Assembly: GCA_963796275.1 (NCBI GenBank)
Contig: CAWCKY010000003.1
Coordinates: 1,408,001 to 1,472,000, forward strand
Origin: an uncultured Acidobacteriota bacterium
Lineage (GTDB): Bacteria > Acidobacteriota > Blastocatellia > RBC074
Direction: 5' to 3'
Length of the DNA: 64,000 bases
Below the pieces are notes generated by a model, which searched no databases, was not told where the DNA came from, and was given only the letters and a program-made list of their open reading frames with translations. Positions 21,371-36,572 of the stretch are shown piece after piece (positions within the stretch are counted from its first letter, which is position 1; each line of letters starts with the position of its first letter). The translations under genes were made by a program, and so were the position numbers.

Positions 21371-22015
21371 ATGGACATTATCAATCAATTCATTGACCTC
21401 ATTCTTCATCTAGACAAGCATCTCGTCGAACTCCTTCAACAATACGGCACGTGGACATACGCGATATTGTTTCTGATCATCTTCTGTGAGACGGGATTGG
21501 TTATTACTCCATTCCTGCCAGGAGATTCATTGCTATTTGCGATCGGAACGCTCGCAGCGCAAGGCGGGCTCGATATCTTTTTAACTTTTATCCTGTTGAG
21601 TATTGCCGCGATAATCGGTGATACCGTCAATTACTGGATCGGTTATCACATAGGTCCTAAAGTCTTCGCGAGCGAAACCTCGCGCTGGCTCAACCGCAAG
21701 CACCTGCAGCGCACGCACGAATTTTACGAGAAATACGGCGGCAAGACGATCATCATCGCCCGCTTCATGCCCATCGTCCGCACCTTCGCGCCGTTTGTCG
21801 CAGGCATCGGGAAGATGAGCTACGGCAAGTTTGTTCTTTACAACGTGGTGGGCGGAATCGTCTGGATCGGCGCTTTTTTGATCGCGGGTTACTGGTTCGG
21901 GAATATAGAGATCGTGCGGCAAAATTTCTCGCTCGTCATTATCGCCATAATAATTATTTCGGTCATGCCCGCCGTGATCGAGTATCTGCGCGCCCGCCGC
22001 GCCGCCAGGGTTTGA
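21371..22015 (+). CDS. dedA: DedA family membrane protein
   Basis: [41 protein letters not shown]. Confidence 0.95.
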   Translation: MDIINQFIDLILHLDKHLVELLQQYGTWTYAILFLIIFCETGLVITPFLPGDSLLFAIGTLAAQGGLDIFLTFILLSIAAIIGDTVNYWIGYHIGPKVFASETSRWLNRKHLQRTHEFYEKYGGKTIIIARFMPIVRTFAPFVAGIGKMSYGKFVLYNVVGGIVWIGAFLIAGYWFGNIEIVRQNFSLVIIAIIIISVMPAVIEYLRARRAARV

Positions 22016-22022
22016 CTCCTCA

Positions 22023-22532
22023 TCAGTAGAATAAATATTTACGCCAGGCCGCGTCGCTGCGCCCGAGGTAACGCATGATCTGGCGGTTGACATGCAGACT
22101 GAATGCCTGCGGCCGTTTGATCAGCTTCATGCCCGCTTCATCGGGCTGTGAACTCCCCTTGCGGTTATTACATTTTTTGCAGCAAGCTACGAGATTGTCC
22201 CAGTTCGAACTTCCTCCGCGGGATTTCGGAACGACGTGGTCGAGAGTGAGGTCTGACGGGGAAAATATCTTTCCGCAATACTGGCAGGTGTTATGGTCAC
22301 GCAAAAGGATATTTTTACGCGACAGGCTCTTGCGCTCGAATGGAATGTGAACATATTCCATCAGGCGGATCACCGATGGGATGGGGATCGCGTGGCGCGC
22401 CGAATGATAGAAATGTTCATGACGTTCTTCCGCGCGCGCAATTCCCTTGAGTATAAGCACTATCGCGCGCCGCGTCGTACAAACGTTGATTGGTTCATAG
22501 GTTGAATTAAGGACGAGAACCCTTCCATTCAT
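22023..22532 (-). CDS. HNH endonuclease (McrA/COG1403-like)
   Basis: [50 protein letters not shown]. Confidence 0.93.
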   Translation of the reverse strand: MNGRVLVLNSTYEPINVCTTRRAIVLILKGIARAEERHEHFYHSARHAIPIPSVIRLMEYVHIPFERKSLSRKNILLRDHNTCQYCGKIFSPSDLTLDHVVPKSRGGSSNWDNLVACCKKCNNRKGSSQPDEAGMKLIKRPQAFSLHVNRQIMRYLGRSDAAWRKYLFY

Positions 22533-22848
22533 CTATATACCCTCATAAATAACAACGCACCGGCGTGATTGCCAGTGCGCGCGTTTATCCGTAACGGACG
22601 TTTGAATTATCAGGTCTTGAATTTCGGCGAAAGTAACTGCATCACAGCGCAAGTCGGAATGCCACATGCGCCGGAAAAGAGAATTTTGAAATTGGGCGTG
22701 CTTAAGCTTTATTGAATAACTGGAGAAGATCGCACCTCGTTAGACTTTGATTGATCTTACTGATCGTTAACTATATCTAAGCAATATCGTTAACCATATC
22801 CTCAGCTCCAAATTTAAGCTCCAAATTTGAGCCCAGTTAACACGAAAG

Positions 22849-22857
22849 ATTATAACA
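22849..22857 (-). promoter_or_regulatory. Extended -10 promoter upstream of the HNH gene
   Basis: Minus strand TGTTATAAT about 315 nt upstream of the HNH start. Confidence 0.5.
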
Positions 22858-22904
22858 CAAGAAGAGTGGCGTGGTAGTTAAGTTGTTAACAGATAAAATT
22901 TTAT

Positions 22905-23942
22905 TTAATTTTGTTCGGACTTGATGATCGCTCTTCTGAGAGAGAGGGGGTTTTCGAAAAGCAGGCCGAGGCCGCGAATGACGGCTCGTTGCGGGCTTTC
23001 CGTAAGTTGCACGCCGAGTTCAGTTTCCTTGGACAATCGTTCATCGAAACCGGCGAGTAGAGACGCTCCGCCGCCGAGTATCATGCCCCGGTCGTAAATA
23101 TCGCCCGAGGCTTCGGGCGGGAGGGCTTCGAGGGCATCCTGAACCGAATTGACGATGCGTGCGACCATAGGTTCGATCGCTTCGTAAATCTCGATGCTGT
23201 TGACGACCGCCATCTCGGGGTTACCGCCGATAGTGCTGCGGCCTTTCACCATGGTGGTCTGTTCGTGATCGAGGGGGACGGCGCAACCGAGCTCGATTTT
23301 GACGCGTTCGGCAGTGCGGGGGCCGACCAGCAGGTTGTGGTTCTGCTTGATCATATCGATCAGGGCTGTATCCATATCATTGCCGCCAACACGAAGTGTA
23401 CGCGTGAAGATGAGGTGGTTATGCACCATCGCCGCGATGGTAGTCGTGCCGGCGCCCACATCGACAACCAGAGTTGCGCGTTGATCGTCGGGACTGATTC
23501 CCGAGCCCAGGATGGCGACTATTCCCTTATTGATGAAATGTACGTTACTGACGTTTGCTTCTTTGGCGGCGTACCGAAGCGCGTAATGTTCGATATCGCT
23601 GGCGTCTGCGGCAACCGAGATCAATACGCGGCGCGAGATAGTGGAGCGCCCGTCTCTCGCTTTGCGGATGTAATGTTCGAGCAATTTTCCGGCGAAAGTA
23701 GAATCGGCGACCACGCCGTCCTGCAGGGGGCTGATGATCTGGATATCCTCGGAAGCTCGCCCTTCGAGTTCGAGAGCTTCGAGTCCGACTGCGACAACCT
23801 CGCGCGTCGGCGTGTCGTAGGCCAGCAATGACGGCTCATTGACGACAATTCCGCGCCCGCGCGCATAGACCCGAGCGCGGGAAGTGCCAAGATCGACAGC
23901 CAGATCATCGGTCATCAGGTTGAGTAATGAGGGCAGTTTCAT
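22905..23942 (-). CDS. MreB/Mbl-family actin-like protein, divergent
   Basis: [56 protein letters not shown]. Confidence 0.88.
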   Translation of the reverse strand: MKLPSLLNLMTDDLAVDLGTSRARVYARGRGIVVNEPSLLAYDTPTREVVAVGLEALELEGRASEDIQIISPLQDGVVADSTFAGKLLEHYIRKARDGRSTISRRVLISVAADASDIEHYALRYAAKEANVSNVHFINKGIVAILGSGISPDDQRATLVVDVGAGTTTIAAMVHNHLIFTRTLRVGGNDMDTALIDMIKQNHNLLVGPRTAERVKIELGCAVPLDHEQTTMVKGRSTIGGNPEMAVVNSIEIYEAIEPMVARIVNSVQDALEALPPEASGDIYDRGMILGGGASLLAGFDERLSKETELGVQLTESPQRAVIRGLGLLFENPLSLRRAIIKSEQN

Positions 23943-24116
23943 GATTTTCTCTCACACCGTTGTCCTGGCGAGTTATCGCATCAGGTTTTTCAACCATTCC
24001 TGACCGCGCTAAAATTTTCGGGGATTGGTTGCGCCAACGATACCAATTCCATGTTACTCAGCCGCGCGTCAGGATAGCAAGCGGTTTTTTTTGCGATCAA
24101 GTTAAAGTTGCTGGTT

Positions 24117-24887
24117 TTATTGGACTATGAGGCTTACCGCGCGCGCCAGGGTCAGCACATTGACGGCCCTAGCCCCACCCTCGAGAAGAGTCTGGGCTGA
24201 TTCATGCGCTGTGCTCGAAGTTGTCATCACGTCATCGATAAGCAGAACCACACGATTTTCGATCGATCGTGGAGCACGGACTCGGAATGCATGGTGAAGC
24301 GAAGCGGAGCGTTCGCGGCCCCCCATACCCGCACGATGCATTTCGGTCTGCTTGACGCGCACCAGGCACGCCGTATCGAGCCGCAGCCCGGTCGAGGATG
24401 CCAGCGCGGATGCGATGATTTCAGATTGATTGTATGTTCGTTCAGCGAAGCGGCTGGGATGCAGCGGCATGGGGATGATCGATTCACTGCTGTGCAGCGC
24501 CGTCGCCGATGCGAAAGTAGCTGCCAGCAATCGGCGCAAGCGATGAGATATCTGGGGATGAGCTTTCAACCAGAGCACACTCTCACGCAGCGCTCCTTCG
24601 TACGGTCCGCACGCGCGCGCGCAGGCGAATGCGCGGTCGTCACAGCGACCGCAGCGTCTGGCGCTGATCGAAACGCTGGCGGGGAGCGGTTGAAGCGGCA
24701 ATCCGCATTTGGCGCAGAAATCTTCCAACCAGCTCGACTCCTCGATCTCTTCCCAGCATTTCGCGCATGCCGGGCCATCGCGCCAGGATTCGATCATTCC
24801 ATCGCAAACGCGGCAGGATGTCGGATAGATCATCGCCAGAGCAGCATCGCGCAGGTTGGCCAAAACGTTTCTCGTAATTGAGCGCAT
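24117..24887 (-). CDS. comF: ComF family protein (zinc ribbons + phosphoribosyltransferase)
   Basis: Cys-pair zinc ribbons, PMPLHPSR..ERTYNQS, LLIDDVMTT. Confidence 0.9.
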   Translation of the reverse strand: MRSITRNVLANLRDAALAMIYPTSCRVCDGMIESWRDGPACAKCWEEIEESSWLEDFCAKCGLPLQPLPASVSISARRCGRCDDRAFACARACGPYEGALRESVLWLKAHPQISHRLRRLLAATFASATALHSSESIIPMPLHPSRFAERTYNQSEIIASALASSTGLRLDTACLVRVKQTEMHRAGMGGRERSASLHHAFRVRAPRSIENRVVLLIDDVMTTSSTAHESAQTLLEGGARAVNVLTLARAVSLIVQ

Positions 24888-24980
24888 GATGAATAAGTAT
24901 ATCTTTCTATGAATGGCGGAGTGCGGAGGCTCGAGTCATCGCGCTCCCAAAGACCGCTCGGCCTGAACCATTGAATTTCT

Positions 24981-27464
<2,484 letters not shown>

Positions 27465-27585
27465 TACCTGACAGCTCCCAGTAATTCACCTAGGTGAAAT
27501 CGATTCTCGCGAGCTGACCATGCACGGTAGTATGTCCCAGCCGATTTCATGCGCAATCGTCCGCCGCAACTGGGCCAATCCGTGG

Positions 27586-28233
27586 TCACTTATATTTGAT
27601 TTCTATGAGCTCTTGCCGGGTGAATCTTACGGCGATTCGCTCAGCCAGACGGCACGAATAATCGAGCGCGTCGGCCCAGATTCCGTTGATCAATCCAATG
27701 CGAAGCGCTTCATCGGAGCCGATGGCTTCACCCGATACGAGCAATCGCCGCGTTGCGTCGACGCCGATCAACCCAGGCAATCTTTGTGTCCCGCCCCAAC
27801 CGGTTATGATCCCTCGCTTAACGCCCGGATGCTGGAACGACGAGCGTGGTGTGGCATAGCGCAGATCGCAGCTCAGCGCGAGGTCCAAACCGCCACCGAG
27901 ACAGAAGCCGTCTATCGCGGCGATGACGATGGGCGCGGCCCCGTTGAGTTGAGAGAGTACTGTTTGTCCGCGCCTTGAAAATTCATAAGCTGTGGTTGCG
28001 TCGAGCGCCGCTACCTCGTTGAGGTCCGCGCCGACAGAGAAGACCGCGTCGCGTCCGGTGATGATGAGGGTGCGCAGCGAAATATTATCATGCAGGGACT
28101 TAATTATCGACGATAGCTCGTCCAGTATCCCTAGGGTAAGACGGTTGAGCTGCGCAGGACGATTGAGCGTAATAATCGAATAGAATTCGCGTTCAGTCAG
28201 CAGAATGGGTGGGTTGTCGATCCGGTTACTCAC
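27586..28233 (-). CDS. Crotonase (enoyl-CoA hydratase/isomerase) superfamily protein, short and atypical
   Basis: [44 protein letters not shown]. Confidence 0.88.
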   Translation of the reverse strand: MSNRIDNPPILLTEREFYSIITLNRPAQLNRLTLGILDELSSIIKSLHDNISLRTLIITGRDAVFSVGADLNEVAALDATTAYEFSRRGQTVLSQLNGAAPIVIAAIDGFCLGGGLDLALSCDLRYATPRSSFQHPGVKRGIITGWGGTQRLPGLIGVDATRRLLVSGEAIGSDEALRIGLINGIWADALDYSCRLAERIAVRFTRQELIEIKYK

Positions 28234-28630
28234 GCTCCTTCACGTTTTCGCGAATATATTTGATTATGTCTTCGGTCGATGTTCCGGGAAGAAAAACCTC
28301 GCCCACGCCGAACCCTTTCAGTTTCGGTGTGTCATCTTCGGGTATTATTCCACCGCCGAAGAGGATCACATCCACCATGCCTTTTTCGCGCATCAATTCG
28401 AGGACCCGCGGAAAAATGGTCATATGCGCGCCGGATAGGATGGAGAGGCCGATGATATCGACGTCTTCCTGCAGCGCGGCGCTGACGATCTGCTCGGGTG
28501 TTTGACGAAGCCCTGTGTAAATAACTTCCATGCCCGCATCACGAAGTGCGCGAGCGATCACTTTTACCCCGCGATCATGGCCGTCGAGGCCGGGTTTGGC
28601 TAACAGAACTCTGATCTTTGGATCCGGCAT
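28226..28630 (-). CDS. Cobalamin-binding small subunit of an acyl-CoA mutase (IcmB-like)
   Basis: [10 protein letters not shown] (DxHxxG), [15 protein letters not shown]. Confidence 0.95.
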   Translation of the reverse strand: MPDPKIRVLLAKPGLDGHDRGVKVIARALRDAGMEVIYTGLRQTPEQIVSAALQEDVDIIGLSILSGAHMTIFPRVLELMREKGMVDVILFGGGIIPEDDTPKLKGFGVGEVFLPGTSTEDIIKYIRENVKERE

Positions 28631-28705
28631 AATCTCAATAATTTTTATTTTTCAGGTTCCGTTAAAATCGCTGAAAACGAAAACCGAAAAGTTTCATCGA
28701 TCATT

Positions 28706-30244
28706 TCATCGATCGTTATCTCTACCGCGACTGGCTGCACCCGTCGATGAAGCCTGGGCTGTTTTCAGCTTGCCTTCAGTATCATAGACATCCACTTTTC
28801 CGAACTGCTCGAGCGTGCCTGCGATAGTCTTCGCATCGCCGACCACGACGATCTGCAGTTTGTTCAGATCCAGATACTTCCGCGCGACGCGCTGCGCTTC
28901 TTCAGGTGTCACTGCCGCGACTCTCTGCGGATAAGTATCCCAGTAGTCGGTTGGTAGTCCATAAAGTTTCCGCGTGATTGCATCCGACAGCATCGATTGC
29001 GGAGATTCGAGCTGCAGAGCCCAACCACCGATGATCGTGCGTTTGGCGCGCTCGAATTCTTCTACGGGAACTTTCTCATCGCGGATACGCTTTATTTCGT
29101 ACATCAACTCGTTCATCGCAGGCTTGAGGACATCCTGCCTGATCTCGGTGTTCGCTCGGAATGTGCCGCGATATTTGTAGGATAAGACGCCGCTATAGGC
29201 GCCGTATGTGTAACTTTTGTCTTCGCGCAAGTTAAGGAAAAGACGCGCGGCCGCGCCGCCTCCGAGCACCTGGTTCATCACCATGAGCGGAAAGTAATCG
29301 GGATCGGTCCGCTCGATGGAGAGCGTGCCGAGCACCACATTCGCCTGGGCGGAATTGGGGCGATCGATCAGGTAAATCCTGCTCGAAGCGGTATCGGTCA
29401 CTTTGGGGATCTCGGTCTTCGGGAAATCGCCCGGTTTCCACGAGGCAAAGGTCTTTTCCAGTTTGGCGATTACCTCAGCCGGTTTGACATCGCCTACGAT
29501 TGCGAAAATCGCGTTGTTGGGCCGGTAGTACGCGGCGTGGAATTTCTGCAGCATCTCCGGCGTTATCTGCTCGATCTCTTTCGCCGCCAGCGCGACGCGG
29601 CTCGCGGGGTGCGAGCCGTACATCACTTTTTGGAACCTCTCGTTTGAGAGGAAGGAAGGTTGCGACCGCTGAAAGCGGATTTGCGCCAGCGCGCGCGCCT
29701 TGAGCTTGTTGAGCTCATCCGCAGGGAAGGCCGGATTGAGAATGACGTCGGCGAAGAGCGCCAGTGTTTGATCGAAGTTGTCGGTCAGCCCCGATGCGGA
29801 AATATTGCTGGTGAGCGAGGAGTAGCTTGAGCTGGCGGAGAGCGAGGCTCCGAGCGTGTCCGTATCCTCGGCTATCTGTTTGCTCGTGCGCGTCTTCGTC
29901 CCTTCGCGCAACATCGATGCGACATACTGAGCGACGCCCGGCTCGCCCGCCGGATCGGCCAGGCCGCCGCTCAGAATTACCATCTGCATACTGAATGTAG
30001 GCAATTTGTGGTCTTCGAGGATCAGCACCTGCATGCCATTGCGGAGCTTCGTCTCATATGGCTTGGGCAATTTGACTTTGAGGACATCCTTGTTGACGGG
30101 AGCCTTGCCCTTGATTACTGCGCCCTTCATCGACGGGCGCTCTGGTTCCCCTCCCGGCGTTTGCGCCGAAGATGCCGGGGCTAGCGTGAGGCCCAGGAAC
30201 ACGGTCACCAGGATGCGAGAGATGATGGCTATTTGCTTACTCAT
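28706..30244 (-). CDS. M16 peptidase, non-catalytic subunit
   Basis: Signal peptide, LRNGMQV, no HXXEH (QYVAS instead), RLFLNLREDKSYTY R/Y motif. Confidence 0.88.
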   Translation of the reverse strand: MSKQIAIISRILVTVFLGLTLAPASSAQTPGGEPERPSMKGAVIKGKAPVNKDVLKVKLPKPYETKLRNGMQVLILEDHKLPTFSMQMVILSGGLADPAGEPGVAQYVASMLREGTKTRTSKQIAEDTDTLGASLSASSSYSSLTSNISASGLTDNFDQTLALFADVILNPAFPADELNKLKARALAQIRFQRSQPSFLSNERFQKVMYGSHPASRVALAAKEIEQITPEMLQKFHAAYYRPNNAIFAIVGDVKPAEVIAKLEKTFASWKPGDFPKTEIPKVTDTASSRIYLIDRPNSAQANVVLGTLSIERTDPDYFPLMVMNQVLGGGAAARLFLNLREDKSYTYGAYSGVLSYKYRGTFRANTEIRQDVLKPAMNELMYEIKRIRDEKVPVEEFERAKRTIIGGWALQLESPQSMLSDAITRKLYGLPTDYWDTYPQRVAAVTPEEAQRVARKYLDLNKLQIVVVGDAKTIAGTLEQFGKVDVYDTEGKLKTAQASSTGAASRGRDNDR

Positions 30245-31626
30245 TTTTCTGTCTCCTTCTCCTTTGGAATGGCGATGCCCACTGTGCGTTTCGCCGGTTG
30301 GAGATATTTCTGTGCGACGCGCTGCACATCTTCTTTAGTGACGGCCATAATACCCGCGAGACGCGTGTTGGCGTAATTCGGGTCATTCCAGGCGACGGCG
30401 CCTTCTGTGATATTGATGGCCAGGCCGAGCGAACTCTGGCGCGATGAGATGGCGGTGCGCCGGGCGAACTGCTTCGCCTTGTCGAGCTCCCAATCGGCGA
30501 TCTGCTCTTTCTGCAGCTTCTCGATCTCCTCATAAATCGCGGCTTCAACATCTTCGACCTTTTGTTTGGGCGCAACGGTCGAGATGATCTGGAAGGCGCC
30601 TGGTCCGCGCCTGACGCTCGCAAAGCTGCCCGCTGAAAGGGCCAGCTGTTTTTCTTTGACCAGTTTTTGATAGAGCCGTGAGCTGGTCCCGCTACCGAGC
30701 ACAGTGGAGAGCACCTGCAGGGCATAGACATCCGGCGGATTGCCCGCATAGCCTTTATATCCGATCCTGATCAATGGCAACTGCGCGAGCTGATCATCAA
30801 CCGTGAAACGGCGCTCCGACTTCTGCTCGGGTTCATTGATATCGACCTGAGGAGGTGATGGCTGCGATGGAATCGATTCGAAATAGTATTTGATTCGGGC
30901 CAGAGCCTGGTCGGCCTTGAAATCGCCGACCAGAGCCAGCGTCGCGTTGTTCGGCGCGTAATAGATGCGGAAGAAATCCCGCACGTCTTCGATGCTCGCC
31001 GCATTGAGGTCCTCCATCGAGCCGATGACCGAATGCTTGTACGCGAAATTGTCATAGATCGTCTCATCGAACTGCTCTTCCATCTTCCCATATGGTTGGT
31101 TGTCGACGCCGAGACGCCGCTCTTCCTGAACGGCGTGACGCTGGTTGTCGAGATTCGTTTTCGTGATGTCGAGGCCGCGCATGCGATCGGCTTCGAGAAA
31201 GAGCAGGAGATCCAGCTGATTGTTGGGCAGCGTCTCGAAGTAGAGAGTGCGCTCTTCATTGGTGGTGCCGTTCATCTCACCGCCGTTTGTCTCGATCGCT
31301 ATGAAATGCTCGCTCTTGCCCACGTTCTCCGAACCCTGGAACATCATGTGTTCGAAGAGGTGCGCGAATCCGGTGCGGCCCTTTCGCTCATCGCGCGAGC
31401 CCGCGTCATAGATCAGCGCGAGGGAGATGACGGGCGCGCTGTGATCCTCGACGAGAAAGACGCGCAGGCCATTCTTGAGTTTCACTTCTTTAAATTCGAC
31501 TCGGGGGATGCTCGCTGGAGATTTGCCAGTCGATGGCTGCTCTTTGCTCTGCGAGAACGTGATCCCCGACAGCGCGAGCGCAAACACGAAAAGCGCGAGC
31601 GAGATTCTGCTGAAATGCTTCATCAT
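30241..31626 (-). CDS. M16 zinc peptidase, catalytic subunit
   Basis: Signal peptide, GFAHLFEHMMF (HXXEH), NGTTNEERT, VQEERR. Confidence 0.93.
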   Translation of the reverse strand: MMKHFSRISLALFVFALALSGITFSQSKEQPSTGKSPASIPRVEFKEVKLKNGLRVFLVEDHSAPVISLALIYDAGSRDERKGRTGFAHLFEHMMFQGSENVGKSEHFIAIETNGGEMNGTTNEERTLYFETLPNNQLDLLLFLEADRMRGLDITKTNLDNQRHAVQEERRLGVDNQPYGKMEEQFDETIYDNFAYKHSVIGSMEDLNAASIEDVRDFFRIYYAPNNATLALVGDFKADQALARIKYYFESIPSQPSPPQVDINEPEQKSERRFTVDDQLAQLPLIRIGYKGYAGNPPDVYALQVLSTVLGSGTSSRLYQKLVKEKQLALSAGSFASVRRGPGAFQIISTVAPKQKVEDVEAAIYEEIEKLQKEQIADWELDKAKQFARRTAISSRQSSLGLAINITEGAVAWNDPNYANTRLAGIMAVTKEDVQRVAQKYLQPAKRTVGIAIPKEKETEK

Positions 31627-31682
31627 ATTACTCCTCGATAACTGGTATTCAGGTGCCGGTACTGATAAACGATGATTGCCTA

Positions 31683-33374
<1,692 letters not shown>

Positions 33375-33554
33375 GTGGTGCTTTTTTCTTCAGATGCGAT
33401 CTGAGATTAATTGAAGAATGATGATATTTGAGCATCAGTACGATATCAAGCCAGCGACCTAAATGCCCGATGAATTTGCCTCGCCGTCATTGGTGTCTTG
33501 GTTATTCCAAACCCCGGTAAATCAATCTGCGTTCCATAAAAGGATTCACAATTA

Positions 33555-33583
33555 TTGCCCCGATTTGCCCCGATTTGCCCCGA
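33555..33583. repeat. 10-nt tandem repeat, three copies
   Basis: TTGCCCCGAT TTGCCCCGAT TTGCCCCGA. Confidence 0.85.
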
Positions 33584-33601
33584 GTTATGATGAAACTTCA
33601 T

Positions 33602-34363
33602 TTAAATGCCTAATGATTCGTGTAGTAAGAGGTGAGTGAGGTAGAAGAGCGCTACCCCGGCGAAGACAAGCAGCGAGGTTTTTGCCCCACCCGCTCGATT
33701 GACCTCTGGAATCAGGTCGGAAGCAGCGACATAGAGCGTTACACCCGCTGAAAAGGGGAGCGTGTATTTAACCGCGGGTTTAACTAATGCCACGGAAATA
33801 ATACCGATAAACGTCGTCACCGCGATGAGCAGTGTCGCGCGCCACGCCGAGCGGATGCCGCGTCCCGACGAGAGCATGATCGAAGCGACGGTAAATCCTT
33901 CAGGTACTTTGTGTAGCAGGATAGCGATGAACAACAGAAGGCCCAGACGAAAACTAGTTAAGAGCCCGGAAGCGATCGCCACACCGTCAAATAATGTGTG
34001 AACTGATAATGCGACTACCGCCGTCGTCGCCGCCCCGCGTCTGAGCATCTCTTCATTGTGCGTCTCCTCGCCGAAGTGGAAATGCGGCGCGATGGTGTGC
34101 TCGGCCAGCTGCAGGAGAAGATAGCCGGCCAATAACCATCCCATTGCCGTCCCCAGGTCTCCCTCCCATTGCCCTATTACCGCCGGCACTACCTCTATAA
34201 AAACCGCCGCGAGCATAAATCCCGCGCCCAATGCAATCAGATATTTGAGCTTCCCATAACGCGCTTCGTCTGATCGCGTTATCAAAAAGCCGCCCAGAAC
34301 ATTTCCCGCCGCCGCCAGTATCCCGAACCCCAATAAGTGAATTAGCGTCTCCATTTTTATCAA
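33602..34363 (-). CDS. ZIP family metal transporter
   Basis: [37 protein letters not shown]. Confidence 0.92.
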   Translation of the reverse strand: MIKMETLIHLLGFGILAAAGNVLGGFLITRSDEARYGKLKYLIALGAGFMLAAVFIEVVPAVIGQWEGDLGTAMGWLLAGYLLLQLAEHTIAPHFHFGEETHNEEMLRRGAATTAVVALSVHTLFDGVAIASGLLTSFRLGLLLFIAILLHKVPEGFTVASIMLSSGRGIRSAWRATLLIAVTTFIGIISVALVKPAVKYTLPFSAGVTLYVAASDLIPEVNRAGGAKTSLLVFAGVALFYLTHLLLHESLGI

Positions 34364-34572
34364 TGATTATTGTGTTTTATCCATTATTCTGAATGTAAAG
34401 TATCTACTCGGGTCAATGCCGATAAGTAGATATAAGACCGAATCTTATCAAAGAGTTGAGGAAGAGATAACTATAAGCGTAATTAGAGCAAAATTGCACA
34501 TGCATTGTTAAACAATCTTTTAGCCTCATTGACTTGAAGTCCTTAATTAACAACTTTCGGTTCATAAATTTC

Positions 34573-34648
34573 TTGACAGCTCTGTTTAGCTAACGTACTA
34601 TACGCCGCATTCAAGTGGAATAAAGTAGAGTTTAGTGGACAAAAGTGG
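34573..34648 (+). promoter_or_regulatory. dcw promoter with four MraZ boxes
   Basis: TTGACA-17-TACTAT (34573-34601), then GTGG/GTAG/GTGG/GTGG at 34615, 34625, 34635 and 34645 (exact 10-nt period). Confidence 0.85.
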
Positions 34649-34882
34649 TGATCACATAGGATTTTGATTAAGAATTTGAATATAAGCAGCGTTGCTTAAT
34701 AGAAGTCTTAACGGTGCAACTGTGAGCACGGTGAGCTGCATGGATTGACTCACGCTCACGCAGTAGAGATGCAGTTATCTGAGAAGTTAATAATCGACGC
34801 GAGAAGATCGGGGTGAATTTGGCGAGAAGCTACGAGAGAAGCTGGGACGGGAGAAGCAGGAGAAGCGGGAGAAGCTGGAAGG

Positions 34883-35329
<447 letters not shown>

Positions 35330-35529
35330 GCCGGGAGCGGGAACGCTAACGCCGGTGGTCGGAGCGATTGCGCGATCGGGGAAAAGGGATATATTGAATT
35401 CTGGAGATGCGGGCGGCTTCGGCTGTTTCGCATCTCCTCCCCCGTGCCGATTGCGGAAGCTGGATAGTGGAGCTAATTGCAACCGAATAATGAAAACCGC
35501 AATCCGCGATCCGCTTTCTGCAATTAGAT

Positions 35530-36471
35530 ATGAAGCTTCATCTTCCAGTTATGCCCGTTGAAGTGATCGCGCAGCTCGACGCGGGGCGCGCCGGGTTATT
35601 TGTTGATGCGACGCTTGGGACGGGCGGTCATACGGAATTGATCTTGGCCGCTTCACCGGACAACCGGGTGATTGGATTGGATCGTGATGCGGAGGTAATT
35701 GAGGTTGCGGTAGAGCGGTTAAAGAATTGGGGCGAAAAGTTCACCACTATTCACACGGACTTTCGCCGGCTCAAAGAAGTTCTCAAGGAGAGAGGGATTG
35801 AATCGGTCGCGGGCATACTTGCAGATCTCGGTCTCTCATCATACCAGCTCGACACGCCGGAACGAGGTTTCAGCTTTCGTTTCAATGAAAGTTCTCCTCT
35901 GGATATGCGGATGGATCGCTCGCAGGCGTTGACGGCGGCCGATTTGATCAATTCACTCAGCGAGCGCGAACTCGCTGAGATCATTTTTGAGTACGGTGAA
36001 GAGCGGATGGCGAGGCGGATAGCGCGCCTGATAGTTGCCGCGCGGGCAAAAGCGGCGATTGAGACCACCGCTCAACTTGCAGACCTGGTCGTAAGAGCAG
36101 TTCATCAGAAGGGGCGTTGGCGAATCCATCCCTCCACCAGAACATTTCAGGCTTTACGCATCGCGGTCAACCGCGAGCTTGAAGGTCTGGATCGGTTCGT
36201 CGCCGACGCGGTTGATTTGCTCGAGCCATGCGGGCGGCTGGTAATCATCACGTTTCATTCGCTCGAGGATCGAATAATCAAACAAGCCCTCAGGTTTCAG
36301 TCTGGCCATTGTATGTGCCTCCCCAACCGGCCTGAGTGCAGGTGCGGCGCTTCCCGGCGCGTTGAGGTTCTGACACGTAAAGCGATTCAGCCAGGCGATG
36401 ACGAGATTGCAGTAAATCCTCGCTCACGCAGCGCAAAATTGCGCGCTTGCCGCAAACTCCCTGTGTGTTGA
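35530..36471 (+). CDS. rsmH: 16S rRNA m4C1402 methyltransferase
   Basis: [46 protein letters not shown]. Confidence 0.98.
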   Translation: MKLHLPVMPVEVIAQLDAGRAGLFVDATLGTGGHTELILAASPDNRVIGLDRDAEVIEVAVERLKNWGEKFTTIHTDFRRLKEVLKERGIESVAGILADLGLSSYQLDTPERGFSFRFNESSPLDMRMDRSQALTAADLINSLSERELAEIIFEYGEERMARRIARLIVAARAKAAIETTAQLADLVVRAVHQKGRWRIHPSTRTFQALRIAVNRELEGLDRFVADAVDLLEPCGRLVIITFHSLEDRIIKQALRFQSGHCMCLPNRPECRCGASRRVEVLTRKAIQPGDDEIAVNPRSRSAKLRACRKLPVC

Positions 36472-36572
36472 GCGCAGCACAAAAGTGCTAGCTGATAAAA
36501 ACAGTTTCTGAGGAATCAGAAAATCATGGATGGTGTCTTTAGCATCCATCCATACGAGAGGAGTGTGGGAAA

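Noticed and set aside
22023-22532. HNH protein as IscB/Cas9-like or a homing endonuclease
   Set aside because: It is 169 aa with no RuvC or PLMP motifs and no intron or transposon ends.
22649-22664. Possible sigma54 promoter for the HNH gene (TGGCATTCCGACTTGC, minus strand)
   Set aside because: The spacing is GG-N11-GC, not the required N10.
22763-22830. Direct repeats as a mini-CRISPR
   Set aside because: The repeats are only 12-15 nt with two copies each, there are no spacer-length unique segments, and there are no cas genes.
33375-33601. Cobalamin riboswitch upstream of the mutase
   Set aside because: No B12-box, GGGAA or GCCACTG core is visible on the minus strand.
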